Both the position numbers and the translations under genes were made by a program. DNA of 63,143 nt, the filler included. It is 4 parts of 4 records of this genome, joined end to end, with 100 filler letters (N's around TTAATTAATTAA, not from the genome) between each part and the next. Parts side by side here need not be neighbours in the genome. Positions count along the whole stretch, not along the records: positions 53,245 to 63,143 come from DRR723986_5253; 3 more parts are not named here. One strand, 5' to 3'. How positions within the stretch are numbered: the stretch's first letter is position 1; each line of letters opens with the position of its first letter. The notes below the pieces were generated by a model. The model searched no databases. It was not told the DNA's origin and saw nothing but the letters and a program-made list of their open reading frames with translations. Shown here piece after piece: positions 53,245 through 62,773 of this stretch.

Positions 53245-53559
53245 AACTTTGCGGCGGAATTTGCATTTGTCGATGGACATGAAATAAATCAACATTTCCT
53301 TGTCCATCTGTTCCAGCGCCACACCAACCATCACGCCTGCGGTCTGCGCCATCGCCTCGACAATGGTGACGCCCGGCATGATCGGTGTGCCAGGGAAATG
53401 CCCCTGAAAATGCGGCTCGTTCATGGTGACGTTCTTGTAGCCCACTGCAGAGGATGTGCCGTCGATCTCTTCGACTTTATCGACCAGCAAAAACGGATAG
53501 CGGTGCGGCAGGATGCGCTGAATCATTTGAATGTCGGCGCGCAATTTCTCTTGGCTCAT
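53245..53559 (-). CDS. fabZ: 3-hydroxyacyl-ACP dehydratase, 3' truncated
   Basis: [28 protein letters not shown]. Confidence 0.96.
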
Positions 53560-53634
53560 GGAATGTCCTTTGATTGCAAGGGCGTATAACAGGGCTATCA
53601 ACTCAGGCCCATTGGGGCAAGCATCAGATCGGCG

Positions 53635-54201
53635 CTACTTCGGCTCGATCCCGCTGCCCAATGTTTCATCCAGTAACGCGATGGCGGCATCTGTGATCTC
53701 GATCGCATTGGCACTGTAAAAGATCGAGCGGCGTTCAAGAATGACCACCGCGCCGCTGCGGCGCATCAGGCGTTCCAGCACTGGCGCGGCGGCCCCGAGA
53801 AACACCTCACGTTCTTTGTCAAGCAGTTGGTTCAGGTCGCGTTCCTTGGCCGCCTGTTCCTGGCGGATGGTCTGGACCTTTTGGTCGAACTGATCGGCCA
53901 GCACCCGAAATTCATCTGCTGGCAATGTCGGCCGCAAATCTGTCAACTCGCGCTCTTCGGCCTCAAGCTCGGCCTCGATCTGGCGAAAATCGGCCGCCAG
54001 TTCCGCCGCCTTGCTTTCGACCTCGCCCGCCACCCGGCGGCCAAAGGCACTTTCCAGAAACACCCTGTCCGAATCCAATGTCAGCACCGGGCTGGAAATT
54101 GATCCGAGGTTCAGGCTGGCGGTGCCCTGTTGCTGTGCATATGCGGGTGCTGCCCCAAGCAGGGCCAGCACCGCAAAGACGCAGGCAAAGGGCGATCTCA
54201 T
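53635..54201 (-). CDS. OmpH/Skp-family chaperone
   Basis: Signal peptide, coiled coil, DITD-like EITD end; lies between bamA and fabZ. Confidence 0.88.
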   Translation of the reverse strand: MRSPFACVFAVLALLGAAPAYAQQQGTASLNLGSISSPVLTLDSDRVFLESAFGRRVAGEVESKAAELAADFRQIEAELEAEERELTDLRPTLPADEFRVLADQFDQKVQTIRQEQAAKERDLNQLLDKEREVFLGAAAPVLERLMRRSGAVVILERRSIFYSANAIEITDAAIALLDETLGSGIEPK

Positions 54202-54205
54202 CGCC

Positions 54206-56563
54206 CTAGAACTCGGTGCGCAGCGTGACCTCAAAGCTTTGTTCCTTGTCAAAGGTCTCGCTTTTCAGGGCCTTAGAGACGTTGAACTGCAACGGGCCAA
54301 CCGGGGTCTGCCAGAACACAGACAGGCCGACCACATGGCGGAAGGAACCGCTTTCGCCAACGACGGTTCCGCCATTGTAGTTCACATCGCTGAGATCCCA
54401 CAGGTTGCCAACGTCGTAGAATACGCCGCCGGTGATCCCGTATTCTTCGGGCAGACCAAGCGGGAATTCCGCCTCGAACCGCGCAGCGACATAGAGGTTG
54501 CCACCCAATGGGTCATTGGCTGTGCCGCTCACGTCACGCGGGCCAATGCCGCCCGGCTCAAAACCGCGAATGATCGACGGGGTCAGGATAAAGCGGTCCA
54601 CGATGCGGTTGGTGCCTTCGGACCACGCCAATGCGCCGCCCTCAAGGGTCGCCCGCAAAGTGACCTCTTCGTTAAAGATCTTCTTTTCCCCAACAACCTT
54701 CGCCGTGGTGCGAATGAATTTGCTGTCGCCGCCAAGTCCGGCGAAATCCTGGCTGAATTTGAACAACACGCCCGAGGTTGGGTCGAGACCGGTGCGCCGG
54801 GTGTCAAAGGTGTATTCATAGCCGATGGAAGACGACAGTTGCGCGCCGGCTGCGATGTCGCCCGCCGCCGTGAGGCCATGAACCGGCACCTCACGCGCCA
54901 CTGTTTCGATCTCTTCAGCAGTGTAGCGCAGTTGCAGACGGCCATTTTCACTGACCGGGAAGGTCAGGCTGGGCCGGAACACAAAATTGTTGGTGTCGTA
55001 AGAGAAATACTGCGAATCTGTTTCGGCATAATCCAGCTCAAGACCGAATTCCAAATCACGGCCCAACAGGCGTGGTTCGGTGAATTTGATCCCGTACCGC
55101 TTGGCATCTGACGCTGTGGAAAGCGACAGGCCAAGCCGTTGACCGCGCCCGAGGAAGTTGTTCTCGGCAAAGCTGATCACAACACCAAAGCCGTCGTTGT
55201 TGGAGAATGTCCCGCCAAAGTTCAAAGACCCGGTTGGTTTTTCCTCAACATCGACGTCAACGACAACCTGTTCGCCGCTGCTGCCTTCGCGGGCATTCAC
55301 CTGTGCGGATTCAAAGAAGCCAAGTGCGCGGATGCGCTCCGCGGCTTGGCGAATTTCGCGTGGGTTGAAAGGATCGCCCTCAACGCTGTCAAATTCACGG
55401 CGGATGACGCGGTCAAGCGTGGTTGTGTTGCCTTCGATATCAATCCGCTCCACAAAAACGCGCGGGCCACGGCTGAGGACATAGGTCACGTTCAGCGTCA
55501 GGTCGCGGTCATTGCGCTCGATCCGTGGCTCGACCCGCATGAAATCGACACCATCACGGATCGCTTGCCGTTCCAGACGGGCAATATCCGCCTCAACCAC
55601 AGTGGGAGAATAGATCTTGCCCGAACGCACCTTGATGATCTTGCGATAGGCATCCGCATCGACATTGGGCATCTCGGAAACAACATTCACCTCGCCAAAG
55701 CTGAACTGCTGGCCCTCGGTGATGTTGTAAGAAACAAAGAACCCGTCGCGCTCTTCGGTCAATTCGCCGTTCACCGCAGTGGTGCGCATATCGACGTAGC
55801 CGCGAGACAGGTAGAAATCGCGCAGCATCTGTTTGTCAGCCTCAACACGGCTTTCAACAAAGGTATCCCGGCGCACCAGACGGCGGAACAGGCCCGCCTG
55901 TTTGGTACCAAGCACCCGGCGCAGACGGCGGTCCGAATAGACGCGGTTGCCGGAGAAGCTGAGCCGTTCAATCTCGACATTGTCGCCTTCGAAGATTTCA
56001 AACACCAGATCCACACGGTTCTGGCTGCGGCGGATGATGCGGGGCTGCACACGTGCGGCGATCCGGCCATCGTTGGCATAGGCCTCGACAATTGCGGCTG
56101 CGTCCGCCTCGGCCTGGGCCGGGTTAAACACCCGCCGCTCGGTCGAGGTGATGACCCCTTGCAGGTTGTCATCCTTGATCCGCGCGTTGCCTTCAAAGCG
56201 CACCCGGTTCAGCGTAGGCAATTCCGTGACCGTGATCACCAATGTGCCGCCACGCGGTTCAATGGCAACGGATTCAAACAATCCAGAGTTCTGCAGGTTC
56301 TGGTAGGCGTCATTCAGCTGCCCGCCCGACACCACCGATCCGCGCCTGATTCCGGCCCGAGACAGGATCGCGCTATCGCCGATCCGTTCGTTTCCGTTGA
56401 TCACGACCGAATCAAACCGGTACTCCTGCGCCACCGCTTCGGCAGCTGGAACCAGCCAAGCCACTGACAACAAAGCGCAAACAGAAGCGCCCCGAATTGC
56501 GTTAGCGAAATCTTTCTTCCGCGCCTGTTTCACAGGCACACCGCCCCAGGTATTCAGCCTCAT
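54206..56563 (-). CDS. bamA: Outer membrane protein assembly factor BamA
   Basis: POTRA repeats (GN motifs), IRGF motif, terminal Phe. Confidence 0.97.
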   Translation of the reverse strand: MRLNTWGGVPVKQARKKDFANAIRGASVCALLSVAWLVPAAEAVAQEYRFDSVVINGNERIGDSAILSRAGIRRGSVVSGGQLNDAYQNLQNSGLFESVAIEPRGGTLVITVTELPTLNRVRFEGNARIKDDNLQGVITSTERRVFNPAQAEADAAAIVEAYANDGRIAARVQPRIIRRSQNRVDLVFEIFEGDNVEIERLSFSGNRVYSDRRLRRVLGTKQAGLFRRLVRRDTFVESRVEADKQMLRDFYLSRGYVDMRTTAVNGELTEERDGFFVSYNITEGQQFSFGEVNVVSEMPNVDADAYRKIIKVRSGKIYSPTVVEADIARLERQAIRDGVDFMRVEPRIERNDRDLTLNVTYVLSRGPRVFVERIDIEGNTTTLDRVIRREFDSVEGDPFNPREIRQAAERIRALGFFESAQVNAREGSSGEQVVVDVDVEEKPTGSLNFGGTFSNNDGFGVVISFAENNFLGRGQRLGLSLSTASDAKRYGIKFTEPRLLGRDLEFGLELDYAETDSQYFSYDTNNFVFRPSLTFPVSENGRLQLRYTAEEIETVAREVPVHGLTAAGDIAAGAQLSSSIGYEYTFDTRRTGLDPTSGVLFKFSQDFAGLGGDSKFIRTTAKVVGEKKIFNEEVTLRATLEGGALAWSEGTNRIVDRFILTPSIIRGFEPGGIGPRDVSGTANDPLGGNLYVAARFEAEFPLGLPEEYGITGGVFYDVGNLWDLSDVNYNGGTVVGESGSFRHVVGLSVFWQTPVGPLQFNVSKALKSETFDKEQSFEVTLRTEF

Positions 56564-56641
56564 GGTTCAAACCCAATTTTGCGACATCCATTGCCAACCT
56601 GAGTACGCAGGTTAACGCGGATTGTCAAAACCCGGACAAGC

Positions 56642-56670
56642 AAAAAAGCACTACATTATGCAGTGCTTTT
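56642..56670 (-). terminator. Intrinsic terminator after the 41-aa gene
   Basis: Minus strand AAAAGCACTGCA-TAA-TGTAGTGCTTTTTT. Confidence 0.6.
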
Positions 56671-56707
56671 CAAAGTCGAAACATCATGAGGTAGTGTGGG
56701 AAACGGA

Positions 56708-56833
56708 TCAGAGCGATCCGATAAACGCCCCGGCTGCCAATGCCGCGCCAATCGCGCCGATATACAGCAGACGATCCATGTTGATATCCGCCAACAGGCT
56801 AAGGCCGCGATAGGATTGCTGTAGTGTGTGCAT
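56708..56833 (-). CDS. Small single-TM protein (41 aa), not in the ORF track
   Basis: MHTLQQSYRGLSLLADINMDRLLYIGAIGAALAAGAFIGSL*; GGAG RBS 8 nt upstream; host-like codon usage; terminator downstream. Confidence 0.75.
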   Translation of the reverse strand: MHTLQQSYRGLSLLADINMDRLLYIGAIGAALAAGAFIGSL

Positions 56834-56979
56834 GGGTCTGCTCCGATTTACCTACATGCGTTTCTATCGGGGCAATGCGGCACGATTTTGATCAATTGTG
56901 GCGATTTTGGGGCAATGCGGTGAGAGCGGGTTATTTTTGGCTGATTTGCGGTCAGGTCCGGGGTGCGGAGAATATGCTG

Positions 56980-57033
56980 AATGGCGGCTTTGCGGACGAA
57001 GCCGACACTCGTCGCAAGACTTCAATGTCTGCT
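56980..57033 (+). repeat. Left boundary element of the AT-rich cassette
   Basis: AATGGCGG-N36-AATGTCTGCT, with an imperfect hairpin at 56979-57010. Confidence 0.55.
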
Positions 57034-57108
57034 TCTGTTTGTTTCAGCAAAGTGTTGTTTTAATTCTTGGTTGAGGCTCGGACAGCGGTAACCCCAAAAA
57101 TCATGTGG

Positions 57109-58047
57109 TCAGTTGGACGGTGCCACGTCCTTTCCTTTCGAATACTTTTCAAATATCTTTCTCATAAGCAGTGGAGGGCCCGCCATACCAGTGCTGCCTC
57201 CCGACAAAGACACAGTGTTGGGATTTCCACTTCCCGCAAATTCGACAAACTCAGGATGTTTGTCGGCCATTGTCCTAAGTAACTGGGAACATTCTTGAAA
57301 CCTATTGGCCGCAAAGTTGTCGATAGAATCAAAACTCACAATATCTATGGTGGTAAATTGTGATCTGTCTTCGGATCCTCGCCAGTGAACACGAGTGTTT
57401 GCCACCTCTCTTACAAAGGTATCGCTTCCACTGTCGTTCAGGCCTGCTTCAAACAGCGTCCCTTGAACCACAATTATTGGAAAAACTAAGACGCATGCAG
57501 TCGGCAAGCCTTCCTTGTGTTCATAAGGTCGATTGTACCCCTCTGCGATGCTTACTGCGCTGCCGGACACTGCACGGACGGCATCAAAGAACTGATCTTT
57601 TCCTGAGGAAAATGCCTGTCGCCCTCCAAAACATGGCTCTTCGGGGCTTTTGAACAAGTTCATAGAACTGATTGCACTACTGCCGCAGGTAGACCAAATC
57701 ATAGCTGACCCATAGTCATTTCCAATTGACTGGGCTGCACACGCAGAGTGCGCGATATGGTGATTTTTGCTAACGAAATTTACCCAAGGCTTACTCACAG
57801 AATATTTGCATTCGATCACATTGATTGCCCGAAACAAAAAACCGCCCTCTACGCTTGTTAGACTTGCCTTAACATCAACTTCTCTGGGCGAGGTATCTTT
57901 TGACTTCCTTGAATATTCGCCTTGGCTGGTATTGAAACCAGCGTCACTAAGTCGCCGAGCCGTTTTAAATTCGAGTGGATAGCCCTCAGTCTGCAACCAA
58001 CTTGCGACCTTGTCTTGAATACTGTGCTCTGATTGCCCATCGTCCAT
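57109..58047 (-). CDS. Foreign hypothetical protein with PD-(D/E)xK nuclease-like motif (312 aa)
   Basis: GYPLE...REVDV...IECK spacing; AT-rich relative to flanks; ATG at 58047 after AGGA. Confidence 0.7.
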   Translation of the reverse strand: MDDGQSEHSIQDKVASWLQTEGYPLEFKTARRLSDAGFNTSQGEYSRKSKDTSPREVDVKASLTSVEGGFLFRAINVIECKYSVSKPWVNFVSKNHHIAHSACAAQSIGNDYGSAMIWSTCGSSAISSMNLFKSPEEPCFGGRQAFSSGKDQFFDAVRAVSGSAVSIAEGYNRPYEHKEGLPTACVLVFPIIVVQGTLFEAGLNDSGSDTFVREVANTRVHWRGSEDRSQFTTIDIVSFDSIDNFAANRFQECSQLLRTMADKHPEFVEFAGSGNPNTVSLSGGSTGMAGPPLLMRKIFEKYSKGKDVAPSN

Positions 58048-58083
58048 TACTGTCGATCCTAACTGTGTGTCTAACTTCAGCAT

Positions 58084-58138
58084 AGCGGACATTCGTGCGA
58101 AGCGCAGCATCGGTGACTCTGGGCTCTTAACCGACATT
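58084..58138 (-). repeat. Right boundary element of the AT-rich cassette (inverted relative to the left)
   Basis: Minus strand AATGTCGG-N37-AATGTCCGCT. Confidence 0.55.
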
Positions 58139-58197
58139 AGACAGTTTCAGATTGCCCTACTTATTGATATCCTAAGACCCAGAAAAGGATCCCCCCC

Positions 58198-58590
58198 ATG
58201 CCGAAACGCGCCATCATCCCTGCCGCCGTGGCCGCCGCCGCAGAGGCGCTCAATATGTCGCCCGGCATTGTCTCGGGCGATCATCTGTTTCTGACCGGGA
58301 CAACCGGATCAGGGCCGGATGGCGCAATGCCCGGCGATCCCACCGCCCAGTTTGAGCAGGCCTTTGCCAAGATTGGGATTGTTCTGGCCGAGGCGGGACT
58401 GGACATGGATGCGATTGTCGAGATGACAAGCTATCACGTGGGTCTGCGGGATCATTTTGATGATTTCGACGCGGTGCGCCTGTCACTCTTCAAACCGCCC
58501 TACCCGGCCTGGACCGCCGTTGAGGTGGCCGGTATTCGCCGGGAAGGGGCTGTGGTTGAAATCAGGGTGATCGCGTCCATGCTGCCTTAG
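58198..58590 (+). CDS. RidA/YjgF family protein
   Basis: SPGIVSGDHLFLTG, YPAWTAVEV, VVEI. Confidence 0.9.
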   Translation: MPKRAIIPAAVAAAAEALNMSPGIVSGDHLFLTGTTGSGPDGAMPGDPTAQFEQAFAKIGIVLAEAGLDMDAIVEMTSYHVGLRDHFDDFDAVRLSLFKPPYPAWTAVEVAGIRREGAVVEIRVIASMLP

Positions 58591-59936
58591 GGGCAGAACA
58601 GATCATTGCCGAGCGCAAAGACCATCAACGACAGAACCAGCGCCAGACCAATGGTCATAAACACACGCAACGCCTTGTCGCTTGGCGGTTTGCCCGCCAC
58701 GGCCTCATAGGCGTAGAACACCAGATGCCCGCCATCCAGCGCCGGGATCGGAAAGAGATTAAGCAGGCCAACAGCCGTGCTCAGCACCGCAATGAAATAG
58801 ATGAATGACTGCGCCCCCTGGCTGGCCATGGCGCCCGAGGTCTGGGCGATGCCGACCGGGCCGGAGAGGTTGCAGGTGCTGATATTGCCGATGATCATCT
58901 GTTTCAGCCCGGAGATAGAGCCGGTGATGATCCGCCAGGTGTTTTCCACCCCGCGCGCAGCCGCAGCGCCCAAGCCGGGCGTCTCGGTGGCCGTTTCAAA
59001 GGCCATGCCGCCCGCAATGCCGATCCGAACAGAGCGTTTGAAAGTGCCGTCATCTTGCGGCTCATCCACGACTTTTGGCGTCATTGTGAACGGCAGGCTT
59101 TGCCCCGCGCGCCAGACCATCAATTCCAGCGTCGCCCCTTCGGACGCTTCAACCACCTCTTTGAGCTGGGCAAAGGCAAAGATGTCGCGGCCATTGATCG
59201 CCGTGATCACATCCCCCGCCTCAAGTCCGGCGGCATAGGCGGCTGATTGTGGCAAGACCTGCAACACCAGCGGCGGCATGACATAGGGTCCGGTCACGGA
59301 TTTTCGTTGGCCTGCGCGGTTCACATCATAGGTCAACACAGGTTCCTGCGGGAGTGTTCCCAGGAAAGACCCGTACGCCGGATCGTCCACCGCGGGCACG
59401 GTCACGCCGTCGATTGCGAGGATCTCGTCCCCGGCCTGCAACTCGATGCCCTGCTGAGGCAGATCGCGCAGTTCGCCCACGGTCAGCGGATCTTTGGTCA
59501 CGCCAGCGGTATAGGCCACAGCGGCAAAAATCAGGAATGACATCACAAAATTGAACACAGGACCGGCCGCCACAGTGGCGGCACGTGCCCACAATGGCGC
59601 GCCGTGCATCGTGTGGCGCAGCTTGTCAGGATCATCCGCCACCGCCGCCATCGCAGCCTCATCCTTGCCCGATGCAGCATTGGCATCCCCTGCAAATTTC
59701 ACATAACCGCCCAAGGGCAGTGCCGCGATTTGCCAGCGGGTGCCGCGTTTGTCATGGGTGGACCAGAGGATCGGGCCAAAGCCAAGGCTGAACACATCCG
59801 CATGAATGCCGGACCAACGGCCCACGATGTAATGGCCGTATTCATGCACCGCAACAATCACCGACAGCGCGACGACAAATGCCACGATGGTCCAGATCAA
59901 GCTGCCAAATTGCGGAAGAAGTCCAAGAATGTCCAA
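58587..59936 (-). CDS. rseP: RIP metalloprotease RseP
   Basis: HEYGH, two PDZ domains, NLFPIPALDG. Confidence 0.96.
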   Translation of the reverse strand: MDILGLLPQFGSLIWTIVAFVVALSVIVAVHEYGHYIVGRWSGIHADVFSLGFGPILWSTHDKRGTRWQIAALPLGGYVKFAGDANAASGKDEAAMAAVADDPDKLRHTMHGAPLWARAATVAAGPVFNFVMSFLIFAAVAYTAGVTKDPLTVGELRDLPQQGIELQAGDEILAIDGVTVPAVDDPAYGSFLGTLPQEPVLTYDVNRAGQRKSVTGPYVMPPLVLQVLPQSAAYAAGLEAGDVITAINGRDIFAFAQLKEVVEASEGATLELMVWRAGQSLPFTMTPKVVDEPQDDGTFKRSVRIGIAGGMAFETATETPGLGAAAARGVENTWRIITGSISGLKQMIIGNISTCNLSGPVGIAQTSGAMASQGAQSFIYFIAVLSTAVGLLNLFPIPALDGGHLVFYAYEAVAGKPPSDKALRVFMTIGLALVLSLMVFALGNDLFCP

Positions 59937-59940
59937 AACG

Positions 59941-61116
59941 CTACCCTGCTCTTTTGTTGATCGCGGCTTGGGCCGCCTTACGTGCCAAATGGTCTACTTG
60001 AAGCACGTTATCAAGGGTCATGGTGTCATGAATGAGGCCGGAATGGTCTGTCATGTCGTCCAAAGTCTGTTCTACGATCTCGGCCATTTGCACAAAGTTG
60101 ATCCGGCCTGCGATAAATCCATCCAGCGCGGTTTCTTTTGCGGCGTTGAACACCGCGCCGGTCATGCCGCCCGCCGCCATGGTTTGACGGGCAAGTGACA
60201 AGGCGGGCCAACGGCGGTCATCGGGGGCGCGAAACTCAAATTGCCCGATGGCGGCAAGGTCAAGCCGCTCCACCGGGAGATGCGCCCGATTGGGGTGATG
60301 CAGGGCAAAGCCGATGGCGTGGCGCATGTCTGGTGGTCCGACATGGGCCATCAATGCCCCATCAACAAAACCAACCAGCGCATGGATCATGGATTGCGGA
60401 TGCACCAAGACTTCGATCTGATCTGCGGTCACGTCAAAGAATTCTTTGGTTTCAATAACTTCCATGGCTTTGTTGAACATGGAGGCGCTGTCGATGGTGA
60501 TCCGCTGGCCCATGTCCCAATTGGGATGGCTTGAGGCCTGATCCAGCGTGGCCTGCGCCAGTTTTTCCATTGGCCAGTCGCGGAACGCACCGCCGCTGGC
60601 GGTGATAATCACCCGTTCGACCGCTGCGATGTCTTCGCCAATCAGCGCCTGAAAAATTGCGGAATGCTCGCTGTCGACCGGCAGGATTTTACCGTTGTTG
60701 TCAGAGGCAGTTTGCAACATCAACGCCCCCGCACAGACCAGCGATTCCTTGTTGGCCAGCGCCAATGTGCCGCCCTGCGCGGCCGCCGCTAGCCCCGGTG
60801 CGAGACCCGCCGCGCCCACGATGGCCGACATGATCCAATCGGACGGGCGGCTTGCGCATTCGGTGATGGCCTGCGCCCCTGCCGCCGCTTCGACCCCGGA
60901 TCCGGCCAATGCATCGCGCAGATCCGCCAGCAGATGATCATGCGCTGTGACTGCGATCTCTGCATTCAGTGCAATTGCATCCGCCGCCAGTTGCGCGATA
61001 TTGCCCGCGCCGGTCAGGGCAACAACATCATAGGCGTCTGGATCACGGCGGATCAGATCAATGGTGTTTTGCCCGATGGAACCCGTCGCCCCCAGGATCG
61101 AAACCTTGCGCGGCAT
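59941..61116 (-). CDS. dxr: 1-deoxy-D-xylulose-5-phosphate reductoisomerase
   Basis: LGATGSIG, LANKESL, PVDSEH, HPNWDMG. Confidence 0.97.
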   Translation of the reverse strand: MPRKVSILGATGSIGQNTIDLIRRDPDAYDVVALTGAGNIAQLAADAIALNAEIAVTAHDHLLADLRDALAGSGVEAAAGAQAITECASRPSDWIMSAIVGAAGLAPGLAAAAQGGTLALANKESLVCAGALMLQTASDNNGKILPVDSEHSAIFQALIGEDIAAVERVIITASGGAFRDWPMEKLAQATLDQASSHPNWDMGQRITIDSASMFNKAMEVIETKEFFDVTADQIEVLVHPQSMIHALVGFVDGALMAHVGPPDMRHAIGFALHHPNRAHLPVERLDLAAIGQFEFRAPDDRRWPALSLARQTMAAGGMTGAVFNAAKETALDGFIAGRINFVQMAEIVEQTLDDMTDHSGLIHDTMTLDNVLQVDHLARKAAQAAINKRAG

Positions 61117-61122
61117 GCGGGC

Positions 61123-61917
61123 CTACCCCAGCCCCGGAGGGAAACCGATAAACTGGCCAATGATCAGCAAGAACACCGATGCGCCCAACATGCCATCAAA
61201 CCGGTCCAGCAATCCGCCATGGCCGGGGATCAGGTTTGAGCTGTCCTTGACGCCCATGCGCCGTTTCATCCCGGATTCGGCGATATCGCCCATTTGCGAT
61301 GCCATTGAAACCGCAATGGAAATCCCGATCAATTGCAGGCTCACCTCGGTGTTGATCGAAAACAGCAGCCCCACAACCGCAGCCCCAATCCAGCCTGCGC
61401 CGGTGCCTGACCATGTTTTCTTGGGGCTGACCTTTGGCCAGAACTTCGGACCGCCAAAGGTTCGTCCAGCAAAATAACCAACCACATCCGTGACCACAAC
61501 AACCAGCACCAGCCACAGCATCCAGCCAAAGCCAAGATCGTCACGCACCTGCATCATGCCATAACCGGACAGCAGGATCATGACCGAAAAAGCCATATAA
61601 ATCGTGCGGTTATGACTGAGTTGACCAAAACCGATAAGGGCCGGTGCCAGCAACACCGGCAGGGCAAAGCCAACCGGCAGATAGATCGCCAGAAACACCG
61701 CCGCGCCGGTTAACGCACCCATTTGCAATTGCACGTGCCGCGCACCGGGGCGCAGCATGCCAACCAGTTCCCAGACCATCAGCCCGCAAATGATCGCGAC
61801 CAGCGCATGAAACACATGCCCGCCGAACCAGATGCCCAGCAGGCCAACCACAACCATTGCCGCGCCGGAGAACATCCGCGCAGTCAGGTCCGACCATTGT
61901 TCAGGATTTTTGGCCAT
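61123..61917 (-). CDS. cdsA: Phosphatidate cytidylyltransferase
   Basis: SPKKTWSG, KDSSNLIPGHGGLLDRFD. Confidence 0.96.
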   Translation of the reverse strand: MAKNPEQWSDLTARMFSGAAMVVVGLLGIWFGGHVFHALVAIICGLMVWELVGMLRPGARHVQLQMGALTGAAVFLAIYLPVGFALPVLLAPALIGFGQLSHNRTIYMAFSVMILLSGYGMMQVRDDLGFGWMLWLVLVVVVTDVVGYFAGRTFGGPKFWPKVSPKKTWSGTGAGWIGAAVVGLLFSINTEVSLQLIGISIAVSMASQMGDIAESGMKRRMGVKDSSNLIPGHGGLLDRFDGMLGASVFLLIIGQFIGFPPGLG

Positions 61918-61927
61918 CGTCTTTTCC

Positions 61928-62680
61928 TCAGGTTTTCACGGCACCAAAGCGCCGATCCCTGCCCCCGTAGGAGGCGCACAGGCTGCCAAATTCCTCGCGG
62001 GTGAAATCGGGCCAAAGGGTGTCAATAAATTCGTATTCCGCATAGGCCGATTGCCATAGCAGAAAGTTAGATATCCGCGCCTCGCCGCTGGTGCGGATCA
62101 CCAGGTCTGGGTCCGGTAAAACGTAAGTATCCAAATACCTTGGCAGCGTTTCTTCATCCACCGACTCTGGGTCTAGCCGCCCTGCCGCAACATCCTGCGC
62201 CAGCCGTTTGGTGGCGCGGGCCACCTCGTCACGGCCACCATAGTTGATCGCGATGGTGAGATTGACCTTGTCGTTATGGGCGGTCGCAGCCTCAAGGTCG
62301 TTCATCAGCTTGATCAGCTTGTCATCAAGGCGCAGCCGGTCGCCGATGAAACGGACGCGCACACCATCTTCGCTGAGGGCGCGGGTTTCCTTGGTGATGT
62401 AGCGTCGGAACAGGCTCATCAGACCGGCCACTTCGACCTGCGTGCGCTTCCAGTTTTCTGTCGAAAAGGCAAATATTGTCAGATACTTGACGCCAAAATC
62501 CGGGCAAGCTTGCACAATCTCGCGCACCCGCCGCGCCCCTGCATGATGGCCGAACAGGCGCGGGCGCCCGCGCTGTGTGGCCCAGCGGCCATTGCCATCC
62601 ATGATGATCGCAACATGGCGCGGGCCGCCTTGCGTGATCTCTGGCTCTGGGGTCTGGTCCGCCTTTTGGGGGATGTTCAT
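61928..62680 (-). CDS. uppS: Undecaprenyl diphosphate synthase
   Basis: HVAIIMDGNGRWA, FSTENWKR, RTSGEARISNF. Confidence 0.97.
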   Translation of the reverse strand: MNIPQKADQTPEPEITQGGPRHVAIIMDGNGRWATQRGRPRLFGHHAGARRVREIVQACPDFGVKYLTIFAFSTENWKRTQVEVAGLMSLFRRYITKETRALSEDGVRVRFIGDRLRLDDKLIKLMNDLEAATAHNDKVNLTIAINYGGRDEVARATKRLAQDVAAGRLDPESVDEETLPRYLDTYVLPDPDLVIRTSGEARISNFLLWQSAYAEYEFIDTLWPDFTREEFGSLCASYGGRDRRFGAVKT

Positions 62681-62737
62681 CGCGTGCGGTGCTCCGCTTG
62701 AGGGGGCGTGGGCGCAATGCCACGGCAATTATCCCAG

Positions 62738-62764
62738 AAAAAAGGCCGCCCGCGGGACGGCCCC
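62738..62764 (-). terminator. Intrinsic terminator after frr
   Basis: Minus strand GGCCGTCC-CGC-GGGCGGCC-TTTTTT. Confidence 0.7.
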
Positions 62765-62773
62765 AAAGCAGGG

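Noticed and set aside
54011-56467. Long + strand ORFs (366 and 442 aa), and similar ones opposite gltX, nadE and leuA
   Set aside because: Antisense shadows of GC-rich housekeeping genes with no recognisable motifs
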